A stretch of 64,000 bases of DNA, from positions 2,370,871 to 2,434,870 of the forward strand of contig OZ220735.1 of the NCBI GenBank assembly GCA_965116975.1. Direction: 5' to 3'. The DNA comes from Phototrophicaceae bacterium (GTDB lineage: Bacteria > Chloroflexota > Anaerolineae > Aggregatilineales > Phototrophicaceae). Within the stretch, counting starts at the first letter, position 1; each line of letters opens with the position of its first letter. Made by a program: the position numbers and the translations under genes. The notes under the pieces were generated by a model, which saw only the letters and a list, made by a program, of their open reading frames with translations, searched no databases and was not told the DNA's origin. Positions 10,731-19,697 of the stretch are shown piece by piece.

Positions 10731-11167
10731 TGCTGCTGGAAATACTTGGCGTCATCGCCCTGCTATTCGGCTTATTTTTCTGCGCGGTTGGCGTGTTGGG
10801 GGTGATACGCATGCCGGACGCCCTGACGCGCCTGCACGCCTCCGGCAAAGTGGCGACATTGGGCCTCTTTGGAATATTGGTAGGCGCCGCTTTGTTAATG
10901 CCAGCGGCGAGCCTGCGTTTATTGGCGCTGGGTTTGTTCGTCTTGCTGACTAGCCCGGTCGCGACGCATGCCATCGCAGCCTCTGTGCATCGGCGGCGAG
11001 AAATCCTCGAAGAGCTTATTGAGATGCGAGATGAACAGGTCGATGTATCCACAGTAGACGTGAACGTATCGGCGATCTTGTCCCGTTCGCGCATTCAAGA
11101 AATCCTCGAGGCGCAGGAGCGAGCGCTGCACCCAACCAGGAAAGGACCGCTCACCCGGGACGATTGA
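10730..11167 (+). CDS. mrpG: Mrp antiporter subunit G with a hydrophilic C-terminal extension
   Basis: 145 aa. The N-terminal GVLGVIRMPDALTRLHASGKVATLG is the MnhG signature, and the last ~55 residues are charged and non-membrane. The GTG start overlaps the mrpF stop by 1 nt. Confidence 0.85.
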   Translation: MLLEILGVIALLFGLFFCAVGVLGVIRMPDALTRLHASGKVATLGLFGILVGAALLMPAASLRLLALGLFVLLTSPVATHAIAASVHRRREILEELIEMRDEQVDVSTVDVNVSAILSRSRIQEILEAQERALHPTRKGPLTRDD

Positions 11168-11191
11168 AGCAACTTGATTGTGGTCCCGAAA

Positions 11192-12181
11192 TCATTTCCA
11201 GAAAATCCGAAAGACAGGATTGTCCTTGGCTTGCAAGTGATCCAAGAAATTAACCAGCAAGAACCCGCCAATTAACAAAGCGGCCGCCAGCGCGAACGAT
11301 TCGGATGAAGTATCCGGCATCACGGGCGCATCCGAAAGGCAGCGGAAGTCTCCATGGCGATCCAGGTCGCTTTCCAAACATTGCCGCCAGGGATAGATTT
11401 TCCACAGCGAGCCGGTCATGAAGCCTACCAAAAGCGCCACCGTCATGCGGTAATGATGCGCCAGCAAATAACTCAATACGCGCGAAAAGGCGATGATGCC
11501 AAGCGCCGCGCCCAAGCCGACGGCGATGATCGGGGGCAAATCTCGCTCGCTGACCGCGGTCAGCACATAGTCGTATTGTCCCATTATCAACAGCATGAAG
11601 GAACCGGAGATGCCGGGCAAGATCATGGCGGTGATGGCGATCATGCCACTGAAGAATAACATGGGCGCCGAATGATCCGCCTCGGCCGGGACAGCGTTGA
11701 CGATTACAAAAGCGATGAGCGTGCCAGCCACAAAAATCCCGATCACCGAGAGATCCCACTTCACTTTGACGCCAATCGATAAAATAGAGGCGAGAACCAA
11801 GCCAAAGAAAAAGGCGAATAGCAAGACTCTGCCTTCTGGGTCGTCCATCATGCCGCTTAATAAACCCGCCAGTGACAGCACCGCCAGCAAAAGCCCGATG
11901 CCCAGCGCGGCCAAAAATCGAAAAGAAATATGATCCAACAAGTCGCGTATTCTGCCAGCCGAAAGCAAGCGCAGCGCGTCCAAATTGAAAGACTTGATCG
12001 CGCTGACCAAGTTCACGTAGACACCGAGAATGAAAGCCATTGTACCGCCGCTCACCCCCGGTACGATGTCAGCCGCCCCCATCGCGAATCCTGTCAATAT
12101 CAGGCGCAGATAGTCCGACGCCGAGCGTGGATTTGACAAGTCTTTGTTCCCCTGCTTCACAGTGACACCCCCGTTATTCAT
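11192..12181 (-). CDS. DUF368 family membrane protein (family reported as polyprenyl-phosphate translocase, PopT-like)
   Basis: 329-aa polytopic protein with the DUF368 signature GFAMGAADIVPGVSGGTMAFILGVY and an internal repeat (ILPGISGSFMLLIMG). Confidence 0.8.
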   Translation of the reverse strand: MNNGGVTVKQGNKDLSNPRSASDYLRLILTGFAMGAADIVPGVSGGTMAFILGVYVNLVSAIKSFNLDALRLLSAGRIRDLLDHISFRFLAALGIGLLLAVLSLAGLLSGMMDDPEGRVLLFAFFFGLVLASILSIGVKVKWDLSVIGIFVAGTLIAFVIVNAVPAEADHSAPMLFFSGMIAITAMILPGISGSFMLLIMGQYDYVLTAVSERDLPPIIAVGLGAALGIIAFSRVLSYLLAHHYRMTVALLVGFMTGSLWKIYPWRQCLESDLDRHGDFRCLSDAPVMPDTSSESFALAAALLIGGFLLVNFLDHLQAKDNPVFRIFWK

Positions 12182-12274
12182 GTGTTTGCGGCAGTTATGC
12201 CACCTGTTCTCATTCCGTTATCATTGTACGAGGATTATCCTAAACGCGCTTGAATCGCGGGAATAAGACCGAAA

Positions 12275-13171
12275 TTAAGGCTTCGGATGGCGGAAATCGT
12301 AGACCCCGCCGACAGTTCCCCAGCGGATGCCATTTGCGCTGACCAAGGCGTCGCCATCGCGTCGCAGCGCCGTTGCCGAGCGCGGACAACGGAGGAAATC
12401 CAGGGGCTCCCGCGATGCCGCCGCCGTCTGTACGTGTGGCGCGCTGCCCAAGCCCAGAGACAGAAATATGCTTGGCGACAGCCGCCAGCCGCTGCGCTGC
12501 AGTACACTATCGATTTTGGACAACATCGCTATAGGCAGCGTCTTTTTTAATATCCCCAGCCGCAGCCAGGACACGGGCGCCACGCGCAGGATGTCAAAAC
12601 CCAGTTGAGTGACCATTGATTGAATGTAGTCGGGATGGAAATTGAAATTCAGTTCAAGAAACTCAACCGGCTCCAGCGAATACGGATTCCAGTTGTTGCG
12701 CCCGATAACATAGCGCAGCATCGACTTTAGATTGCGCTTGTTCGCATACTCCAGAATGAACATCCCGCCATGACACAGGCAGGCGCGCACTTGCGCAAGC
12801 ACGGCCGGCACATCTTCGAAGTGGTGGATGACGCGGATCATGGTCGCGCAGTCAAAGGCGCCGGGGCAAAAAGGCATGTTATAGGCATCCGCCGCCACAT
12901 AGACAAAGCGCTCGTCGCCCAACTGGCGCCGGGCGTAAATCAATTGTTCGAGGGAATAGTCGAGCAGGACCACCTGATCATACATCGAGTATTCCAGGCT
13001 GATGCGCCCAAAGCCCGCGCCCACCTCCAGCAGCCGCTGTCCGCGCTCGGGCAAGAGTTGAGCCAGCACTTGGCGCTCGACTACATCTTCATAGTCGCGC
13101 CCTTGGCCTTCCCAAAAGTCTTCGCGGTAGCTCGAGTCGCCATAGTCGCAGATTCGCGGTCCCTTTGTCAT
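12275..13171 (-). CDS. Class I SAM-dependent methyltransferase with a C-terminal Trm112-like zinc-ribbon tail
   Basis: Track ORF 12275..13279 overlaps metK, so ATG at 13171 (MTKGPRICDYG) is the likely start. It has SAM motif I LLEVGAGFGR and motif post-II FDCATMIRVIHHF. The tail LDFLRCPRS...LVSANGIRWGTVGGVYDF resembles Trm112/DUF343. Confidence 0.8.
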   Translation of the reverse strand: MTKGPRICDYGDSSYREDFWEGQGRDYEDVVERQVLAQLLPERGQRLLEVGAGFGRISLEYSMYDQVVLLDYSLEQLIYARRQLGDERFVYVAADAYNMPFCPGAFDCATMIRVIHHFEDVPAVLAQVRACLCHGGMFILEYANKRNLKSMLRYVIGRNNWNPYSLEPVEFLELNFNFHPDYIQSMVTQLGFDILRVAPVSWLRLGILKKTLPIAMLSKIDSVLQRSGWRLSPSIFLSLGLGSAPHVQTAAASREPLDFLRCPRSATALRRDGDALVSANGIRWGTVGGVYDFRHPKP

Positions 13172-13199
13172 CCTTGCTCCCAGCCGCGTCGCCTTATGC

Positions 13200-14363
13200 T
13201 TAAGCGCCGCCCGCTTCGGCGCGCAGCACTTCCGCTTTGTCCGTTTTTTCCCAAGGCACGTCAAGGTCTTCGCGACCAAAATGGCCGTAAGCCGCGACCT
13301 GTTTAAATATAGGCCGCCGCAGCCCGAGATCGCGGATGATGGCAGCGGGGCTCATATCGAAATGCGCCCGAATCAGGCGCAAGATTTCTTCATCGGCCGC
13401 GCGTCCCGTACCGAAGGTCTCCACCGCCAGCGATGTCGGTTCCGCCTTGCCGATGGCATAGGACACCTGCAATTCAAAGCGTTTTGCCAAGCCAGCGGCG
13501 ACCACGTTCTTTGCCACGTAACGCGCCATGTAGGCGGCGCTGCGATCGACTTTGGTCCCGTCCTTGCCTGAAAAAGCCCCGCCGCCATGGCGCGCCACTC
13601 CGCCGTAGGTATCGACGATGATCTTGCGCCCGGTGAGACCCGCGTCGCCTTGCGGACCGCCCGTGACAAATTTGCCGGTGGGATTGATGTGATAAGTCGT
13701 CCCATCAAGCAGCTTGGCGTCAACCACGTCGCGCGCGATGGTATTGATTATCTGTCTTTCAATCTCATCCTGCGTTCTATCTGGATCGTGCTGAGTCGAT
13801 ATGACAATGGTGTCGACGCGTTTCGGCTGTCCGCAGGCGTATTCAACGGTCACTTGGCTCTTGGCGTCGGGGCGCAGCCAGGGCAGCTCGCCGGATTTGC
13901 GCGCGCGCGCCAAACGACGCACCAGCCCGTGCGCCAGCGAGACCGTGAGCGGCAGGTACTCGCTTGTTTCATCGCAAGCGAAACCGATCATCATGCCCTG
14001 GTCGCCAGCCCCTTGTCTGTCAACGCCTTGTTTGATATCCGGCGACTGTTTGTTGATGTGTATCTGCACGCTACAGGTATTCAGGTCGAAGCCATACTCG
14101 GGCCGGGTATAGCCGATCTCTGCAATGGTCTCCCGCACGATGCGCTCATAGTCAACCGCAGCTGTGGTCGTTATCTCCCCGATTACCAGCACAAGATTGT
14201 TTGATATCGCGACTTCGCAAGCGACGCGAGCCGTCTTGTCCTGGGCAAGAATAGCATCGAGAATGCCGTCGCTTATCTGGTCGCAGATCTTGTCCGGATG
14301 CCCTTCCGATACCGATTCTGATGTGAAGAAGTATTGCGGCGCTGTCATGAATGTGGTTGCCAT
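13200..14363 (-). CDS. metK: S-adenosylmethionine synthetase
   Basis: 387 aa with [30 protein letters not shown] and GGGAFSGKD blocks. A GGAGG RBS lies 8 nt upstream of the ATG. Confidence 0.97.
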   Translation of the reverse strand: MATTFMTAPQYFFTSESVSEGHPDKICDQISDGILDAILAQDKTARVACEVAISNNLVLVIGEITTTAAVDYERIVRETIAEIGYTRPEYGFDLNTCSVQIHINKQSPDIKQGVDRQGAGDQGMMIGFACDETSEYLPLTVSLAHGLVRRLARARKSGELPWLRPDAKSQVTVEYACGQPKRVDTIVISTQHDPDRTQDEIERQIINTIARDVVDAKLLDGTTYHINPTGKFVTGGPQGDAGLTGRKIIVDTYGGVARHGGGAFSGKDGTKVDRSAAYMARYVAKNVVAAGLAKRFELQVSYAIGKAEPTSLAVETFGTGRAADEEILRLIRAHFDMSPAAIIRDLGLRRPIFKQVAAYGHFGREDLDVPWEKTDKAEVLRAEAGGA

Positions 14364-14384
14364 ACCCGTCCCCTCCTATACAAC

Positions 14385-14411
14385 AAAAAACGCCTTGCGA
14401 GGCAGAAGGCG
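14385..14411 (-). terminator. Intrinsic terminator (expression platform of the SAM-I riboswitch)
   Basis: On the minus strand, CGCCUU-cugccucgc-AAGGCG is followed by UUUUUU. It sits between the riboswitch aptamer and the metK RBS. Confidence 0.8.
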
Positions 14412-14429
14412 TCAAAAATCGTCCTAGGA

Positions 14430-14538
14430 TACGCTCATCTGCCAGAGTCTACGCCCTGCCGGAGTTAGCACCGTCCCGCTTGCTTGGGGGTTGCCGCGAG
14501 TTCTTCGAGCCGGATCTCTCACTCGCTCTTGATGAGTG
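14430..14538 (-). promoter_or_regulatory. SAM-I (S-box) riboswitch aptamer upstream of metK
   Basis: Minus strand reads CUCAUCAAGAGCGAGUGAGAGAUCCGGCUCGAAGAACUCGCGGCAACC...GGUGCUAACUCCGGCAG...CUGGCAGAUGAGCG. This matches the conserved S-box core (UCAAGAG...GGCAACC...GGUGCUAA.UCC.GCAG...AGAUGAG) and has a closing P1 helix. Confidence 0.9.
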
Positions 14539-14775
14539 CTGAACATGGTCCTTCATTCAACATCTGTGAGTATATCATAGCTGCAAATAGGAAAACAAGC
14601 GCATTTGCAGTTAAATGGATTTTCGTTGCCCAAATGGAATAAGTCTGCGCGATGCCGCAAGCGCGATGCCGACAGAGCGATGCAAGCGCGAATGGAGCGA
14701 GGATGCCCTCTGATAGCCAAGTTTAACTGCGGTATGTGATTTTGATCGGAGCTGCAAAGGAAAACTACAACAGGC

Positions 14776-15450
14776 TTAGAGATTCGGGGAACGACCTACC
14801 TGCGCAAGGAACTCGCTGCGAATCTCACGATCGACCTCGAAATCGCCGATCATGGCATTGGTCCGTAGATTGGAGTTGTGTTTTTTGACGCCTCGTATCA
14901 CGGAGCACATGTGCTGCGCCGTTATGGAGACAGCGACGCCGTTTGGCTCCATGATCTCATCGAGAAACTCGGCAATCTGGCGTGTCAAGCGCTCTTGCAC
15001 TTGCAGCCGGCGAGAGAACATATCAACAATGCGCGGGATCTTGCTGAGACCAATGATTTTGCCATTGGGAATATAGGCGACGTGAGCTTGACCAACAAAG
15101 GGCAGAAGATGATGTTCGCAAAGGCTGTAAAAATCGATGTCGCTGACAATCACCATATCGTTGTAATCAATATCGTAAATGGCGTTGTTCACAAGCTCTG
15201 CTGGGTTGGTCGTGTAGCCGCTGACCAATTCTTCATAGGCTTTGGCAACTCGCTTTGGCGTCTCGAGCAGGCCGTCACGGAATGGATCTTCGCCTAGAGC
15301 ATAAAGCAAATCCCCAACTGAACGCCTCACTGCTTCGTTATCAACTGCGTTACAATCTAAACCAAAGCGATTCAGCAATTGCTCGGATTCAAGTTTTTGC
15401 TGAATCTCGTCCTCACGAGCGGTACGCATTTTCGTTTCATGGACGTTCAT
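14776..15450 (-). CDS. folE: GTP cyclohydrolase I (FolE type 1)
   Basis: Track ORF 14776..15534 (TTG). Blocks [31 protein letters not shown] and [10 protein letters not shown] are present. ATG at 15450 (MNVHETK) is the more likely start, but the start is uncertain. Confidence 0.9.
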   Translation of the reverse strand: MNVHETKMRTAREDEIQQKLESEQLLNRFGLDCNAVDNEAVRRSVGDLLYALGEDPFRDGLLETPKRVAKAYEELVSGYTTNPAELVNNAIYDIDYNDMVIVSDIDFYSLCEHHLLPFVGQAHVAYIPNGKIIGLSKIPRIVDMFSRRLQVQERLTRQIAEFLDEIMEPNGVAVSITAQHMCSVIRGVKKHNSNLRTNAMIGDFEVDREIRSEFLAQVGRSPNL

Positions 15451-15521
15451 TGGGGGACCAATCTGTTTCCATCGTCCGTCATTCAGCTGTCCCAGCAGCA
15501 AGTTTGCAGTACTGCCAAGCT

Positions 15522-15550
15522 TTGTCGATAACAATGTTATACATTATAAT
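15522..15550 (+). promoter_or_regulatory. Candidate sigma70-type promoter for folB-folK
   Basis: TTGTCG, a 17-nt spacer, then TATAAT (15545..15550). It lies about 165 nt upstream of the folB-folK ATG. Confidence 0.35.
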
Positions 15551-15716
15551 GCTTATATTCGCGCAATTGCAACAAGCATTTTTCAAACATTCGTTTACTG
15601 CGATACATCCTGTATTCGTTACCGCCGCAGAAAAAGACGCCATGTACATTTTCTAGGTTTTCAATTCGCTCGCATCACTCGTTGCGAACTGGGGCGCTAC
15701 CGCTGCTTGGGTATCC

Positions 15717-16589
15717 ATGGACATCATTGAGATTAGGAACTTGCGGCTGCAAACCACAATTGGTTTCAGCCCTCACGAAGTAGACAGACTTCAAGAAGTT
15801 CTGATCAATTTACGTATAGAAACAGCTGGGCGGCGCGCTGGCGAGACGGACGAGCCATCTGATGCCTTCAATTATAAGACCGTAAACAAGGCGATCATCA
15901 AGCTGGTTAAGGAATCGCGCTTTCGGCTCTTGGAAAAACTGGCGGAAGAGATCGCTAAAACCGTGGTTCTTGGTTTCGGGGCGCGCGGCGTGCAAGTTCA
16001 AATTCATAAGCCCGGCGCGCTGCGCCATGCGGATTCGGTCGGCATCGTCATCGAGCGCCGCGCCGAGGACTACCAGAGAAATGTCGTATTTTTGTCGCTG
16101 GGCTCGAATATATCGCCGGAGGACAACATCCCCGCCGCCATAAAACTCCTCCGCAGCCACACGAACCTGTTAGACATTTCATCCGCATACCGAACCGCCC
16201 CCCAAGGCGATTTGAATCAGGCTGCCTTCATCAATATGGCGGTCAAGATACATACGCAGCGCCAAGCGCTCGAATTCAAAACGCAGGTTATCGACAGCAT
16301 CGAGTCGCGCTTGCGGCGACGCCGCGACCCAAAGAACAAGAACGCGCCGCGTACCATCGATATCGACATTTCGCTGTGGAACAACGATGTATTCGAATAC
16401 GGCATAGGACCTTGGATTGTGCCAGATCCCGACATCATTCGCTTTGCCCATGTCGCCATCCCGCTGGCGGATATCGCTGCCGACTATCGCCACCCCACGC
16501 AGGGGAAAACCCTGTCAGATATCGCAGCGGGATTCCGCGGGGCTGATGTCCAGCAAATTGAGTTTGACCTCGAGCCATGGCAGAAGTGA
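15717..16589 (+). CDS. folK: Bifunctional dihydroneopterin aldolase / 6-hydroxymethyl-dihydropterin pyrophosphokinase (FolB-FolK fusion)
   Basis: The N-terminal ~115 aa are FolB-like (IEIRNLRLQTTIGFSPHE...VQIHKPGAL). The C-terminal half is HPPK-like (VFLSLGSNI...AYRTAPQG...FINMAVKIHT...RTIDIDI). Confidence 0.88.
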   Translation: MDIIEIRNLRLQTTIGFSPHEVDRLQEVLINLRIETAGRRAGETDEPSDAFNYKTVNKAIIKLVKESRFRLLEKLAEEIAKTVVLGFGARGVQVQIHKPGALRHADSVGIVIERRAEDYQRNVVFLSLGSNISPEDNIPAAIKLLRSHTNLLDISSAYRTAPQGDLNQAAFINMAVKIHTQRQALEFKTQVIDSIESRLRRRRDPKNKNAPRTIDIDISLWNNDVFEYGIGPWIVPDPDIIRFAHVAIPLADIAADYRHPTQGKTLSDIAAGFRGADVQQIEFDLEPWQK

Positions 16590-16664
16590 GCTATTCCGGT
16601 CTTGCGCTTGTATCTGTCATAGTCACGAAAAAATCACTAACGCCTTCTACTTTGATGGGCTAAA

Positions 16665-17369
16665 ATGGCACATGAAAACGCAGTGGCGCCAAGGCCGCCA
16701 CAGTTAGGAACAGCTATGGCAGTTGAGAACCTCGTCACTTTGTCCGATCCCCGATCGGCCGCGGCGGAAGCCTTTCGCAGCTTACGCACGAACCTGATGT
16801 TCAGCAGCGTCGAGAATCCGATTCAAACTCTGCTGGTCACATCCCCTGCCCGCGAGAACCAGAAAAGCTCGGCGCTGGCGAACCTGGCTGTGACCTTCGC
16901 GCAAAGCGGGAATCGCACGATATTGGTGGACGCCGATCTGCGCCAGCCCAAGCAACACCAGATCTGGGGGCTAGACAACAGGCGCGGCTTGACAAACATG
17001 ATGGTTGACGACAGCACACTAGATGATCCACCGCTCTCCGCAACAACAGTTGACAATCTGCAGCTGCTATGCACAGGGGAATTGCCGCCGAATCCAGCCG
17101 ATCTGTTGAGTGGCAAACGGATGGATGAGATTGTCGCTGCGCTAAGACGCCGCGCCGATTATGTGCTGTTCGACAGCCCGCCGGTGCTGGCCGCGACAGA
17201 TGCCGCTTTACTTGGCATTAAACTGGATGGGGCATTGCTAGTCCTGCGAGCGGGCGATACGCGCCGCGACCATACGGCGCAAGCGCGCCAAGCTCTGGAA
17301 CGGGTGCGCGTGCGAATTGTTGGCGCTGTGCTGACCAATGCGCCGCGAGAAAACACGATAGCGTATTGA
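16665..17369 (+). CDS. CpsD/CapB-type BY-kinase homologue with a degenerate Walker A motif
   Basis: 234 aa, collinear with Gram-positive PtkA/CapB (AEAFRSLRTNL, Walker A' LVDADLRQP, Walker B VLFDSPPVLA). The P-loop position reads TSPARENQKSS instead of the usual ...PGEGKS/T. Confidence 0.8.
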   Translation: MAHENAVAPRPPQLGTAMAVENLVTLSDPRSAAAEAFRSLRTNLMFSSVENPIQTLLVTSPARENQKSSALANLAVTFAQSGNRTILVDADLRQPKQHQIWGLDNRRGLTNMMVDDSTLDDPPLSATTVDNLQLLCTGELPPNPADLLSGKRMDEIVAALRRRADYVLFDSPPVLAATDAALLGIKLDGALLVLRAGDTRRDHTAQARQALERVRVRIVGAVLTNAPRENTIAY

Positions 17370-17483
17370 CGCCCGGTCCGCTGCAAGCACGCGGGAAACC
17401 GCTTTGCAGTTCTCCTAAATATGGACGGCGCTCAGCTTCTCAGAAATCCATCAAAGTGTCGTAGATACAGCACAGAAGTAGAA

Positions 17484-17683
17484 CCAAGTTAGTCATGCAA
17501 AACTCGACGAAGGGTCTAAATGTAGGGGCGACATACCATGTCGCCCGAAATCAAAACGCAGCAACGTCGGGCGACCAGATTGGTCGCCCCTACACCGCCC
17601 CTATAATATTTGCATTATTTTGTTGGAATCACTGAAGTGATTGCAAATGCTACCATTCATCAAGTTTTGCATGACTTACTTGG
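17484..17683. repeat. 200-bp nested-palindrome (MITE/REP-like) element
   Basis: The ends CCAAGTTAGTCATGCAAAACT and AGTTTTGCATGACTTACTTGG are 20/21 inverted repeats. Inside are TGTAGGGGCGAC-N7-GTCGCCC and GGGCGAC-N7-GTCGCCCCTACA hairpins plus an AATCAC-tgaa-GTGATT hairpin. There is no ORF. Confidence 0.6.
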
Positions 17684-17762
17684 ATATTCTGGTGGCGGAG
17701 TACACATCTAGACGAAGAGACAAAGCTATGTACAGGGTGTCTTGCAGGGGAGTCAACTTGCC

Positions 17763-18833
17763 ATGAAGGGACTTATTCTAAGCGGCGGCAAAGGCACACG
17801 GCTCTACCCCTTGACCTATACCCGCGCCAAACAACTGATTCCAGTAGCGAACAAGCCGGTGCTTATCCGAGTGATAGAGGCGATTCGCGAGGCGGGGGTG
17901 AGAGAGATCGGCATCGTCGTTGGTCAAACCGCGGCGGAAATCCGCGACGCCTTGGGCGATGGCGGCGAATGGGGAGTCGAACTCCAATATATCGTGCAAG
18001 ACAGCCCCGACGGCCTCGCCCACGCTGTGAAGATCTCGCGCGATTTCCTCGGCGATTCGTCCTTTGTCATGTTCCTCGGCGACAATGTGGTGCAAGGCGG
18101 GATAAGCCCGCTCATCAAAGATTTCGCCGACAATCAATGGAATTGTCAGATCGTCTTGAAACGGGTAGACAATCCCTCTGCCTATGGCGTGGCGGAGTTG
18201 CGACCCGATGGCGGCATCGAGAGGCTCATCGAAAAACCGTCGACGCCGCCAAGTGATCTGGCGCTGGTCGGCATTTACATGTTCGATCAGCATATTTTTG
18301 AAGCGGTCGCGGCAATACAACCGTCGCCGCGCGGCGAATACGAAATCACCGACGCCATTCAATGGTTGATCGACCACGGCTATACCGTGTTCCCGCATAT
18401 CCACGAGGGCTGGTGGATAGACACTGGCAAGCCAACAGATATGTTGGAAGCCAACAGCCACGTCCTGGAAGAGATTTGCCCGACTATTGCCGCCACTGCC
18501 GAGATTGACAGCGACTCGATCATCGACTCGCGCGTGACCGTGCAGGAAGACGCCAGAATCGTAAACAGCATCGTTCGCGGTCCGACCATCCTGGGCAAGG
18601 GCACCGTCATCGAAAACAGCTTCATCGGTCCTTTCACCAGCATCTACCACCATTGCGAAATACACAACTCCCAGATTGAACGCAGCATCATATTGGAAAA
18701 CAGCCGCGTCATCGACATTGATCAAACGCTGCGCGACAGCCTCATCGGGCGCAACGCCACTGTCAAACGAAGCGACGGCAAGCCAAGCGGCATCAAAATG
18801 AACCTGGGCGATCACGGTACCCTTTGGGTCTAG
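17763..18833 (+). CDS. Glucose-1-phosphate thymidylyltransferase, long form with a C-terminal left-handed beta-helix domain (RmlA-like)
   Basis: Track ORF 17742..18833, with ATG at 17763 (MKGLILSGGKGTRLYPLTYTRAKQLIPVANKP), the nucleotidyltransferase signature. The C-terminal ~120 aa show a hexapeptide-repeat pattern. Confidence 0.88.
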   Translation: MKGLILSGGKGTRLYPLTYTRAKQLIPVANKPVLIRVIEAIREAGVREIGIVVGQTAAEIRDALGDGGEWGVELQYIVQDSPDGLAHAVKISRDFLGDSSFVMFLGDNVVQGGISPLIKDFADNQWNCQIVLKRVDNPSAYGVAELRPDGGIERLIEKPSTPPSDLALVGIYMFDQHIFEAVAAIQPSPRGEYEITDAIQWLIDHGYTVFPHIHEGWWIDTGKPTDMLEANSHVLEEICPTIAATAEIDSDSIIDSRVTVQEDARIVNSIVRGPTILGKGTVIENSFIGPFTSIYHHCEIHNSQIERSIILENSRVIDIDQTLRDSLIGRNATVKRSDGKPSGIKMNLGDHGTLWV

Positions 18834-18872
18834 CCTGTCTAGCGCAAACAGAAAGGGATAATTATACCCACC

Positions 18873-19697
18873 ATGACTAAGGAGATAAAGCTTGTCGCAA
18901 TCGACCTGGACGGCACCTTGCTTAACAGCCGACATGAGTTGAGCGACCGCAATCGATCGGCGCTTGAATCCGCACAGCAACGGGGTATCGCAGTGGTATT
19001 CGCAACTGGCAAGACGCGCCATGCGGCCGCGAGCTTGATCAAAACGCTTGGCATCAACTCGCCGGGCATCTATATGCAGGGACTCATTACCTATAATGCC
19101 GATGGCAGCGTTCGCACACGCATCGTCATGGAGCGCGAATCGGTCTCGCGCGTTATTACGCTGGGTGAAGATTTTGGTTTTAGCGCCCTGGCTTATAGCG
19201 ACAACCGCGCATTTGCCCTGCGAATTGATGAATTCACCACCCAATTGACCGAATTTGGCGAGCCGCAGGCGGAAACCATCACCGATTGGCGCGAACTCCT
19301 GGATAGCTTTGCTATCAACAAGGTTGTTCTCTATGGCGAGGAAAACGGGGTCGCGCCGCTGCGGCGGGCGCTCGAGGCGCGGCTGGCTAGCGCCGTCCAT
19401 GTGACGCGAGCCAATATAGATGGCATGATCGAGGTGCTGCCCGCGAATACGTCCAAGGGACAGGCGGTCAAGACCTTGCTGGATGAACTCGGCATTGATC
19501 CGTCCAATGCCTTGGCGCTTGGCGATGGCGAGAACGACATCGAGATGCTGCAAGCCGTCGGCATTGGCGCTGCGATGGGCAACGCCACTCAGAAGTTAAA
19601 GGACATCGCGGACGTCATTGTGCCAAGCAATGAAGAAGACGGCGTTGCATTTGCCCTGGAAGAATTCGCGCTGGCAGGAAAGGCGGTTCAAAGATGA
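18873..19697 (+). CDS. Cof-type HAD-IIB phosphatase
   Basis: 274 aa with motif I VAIDLDGTLL, FATGK, and motif IV GDGENDIEMLQAVGIGAAMGNA. Its stop overlaps the rfbB start (ATGA). Confidence 0.88.
   Translation: MTKEIKLVAIDLDGTLLNSRHELSDRNRSALESAQQRGIAVVFATGKTRHAAASLIKTLGINSPGIYMQGLITYNADGSVRTRIVMERESVSRVITLGEDFGFSALAYSDNRAFALRIDEFTTQLTEFGEPQAETITDWRELLDSFAINKVVLYGEENGVAPLRRALEARLASAVHVTRANIDGMIEVLPANTSKGQAVKTLLDELGIDPSNALALGDGENDIEMLQAVGIGAAMGNATQKLKDIADVIVPSNEEDGVAFALEEFALAGKAVQR

Noticed and set aside
15551-15716. Possible THF or other riboswitch in the ~165-nt leader of folB-folK
   Set aside because: I recognised no conserved THF-riboswitch core, and the leader length depends on a low-confidence promoter call.
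17778-19553. A 591-aa minus-strand ORF spanning the RmlA-like gene, an intergenic gap and the HAD gene
   Set aside because: Its codons are exactly aligned antisense to the two plus-strand genes, which share the same reading phase. Its stops would therefore correspond to the rare sense codons TTA, CTA and TCA. The translated product is low-complexity and Arg/Ala/Gly-rich with no motif, whereas the sense-strand products have clear family signatures. It is a shadow ORF.
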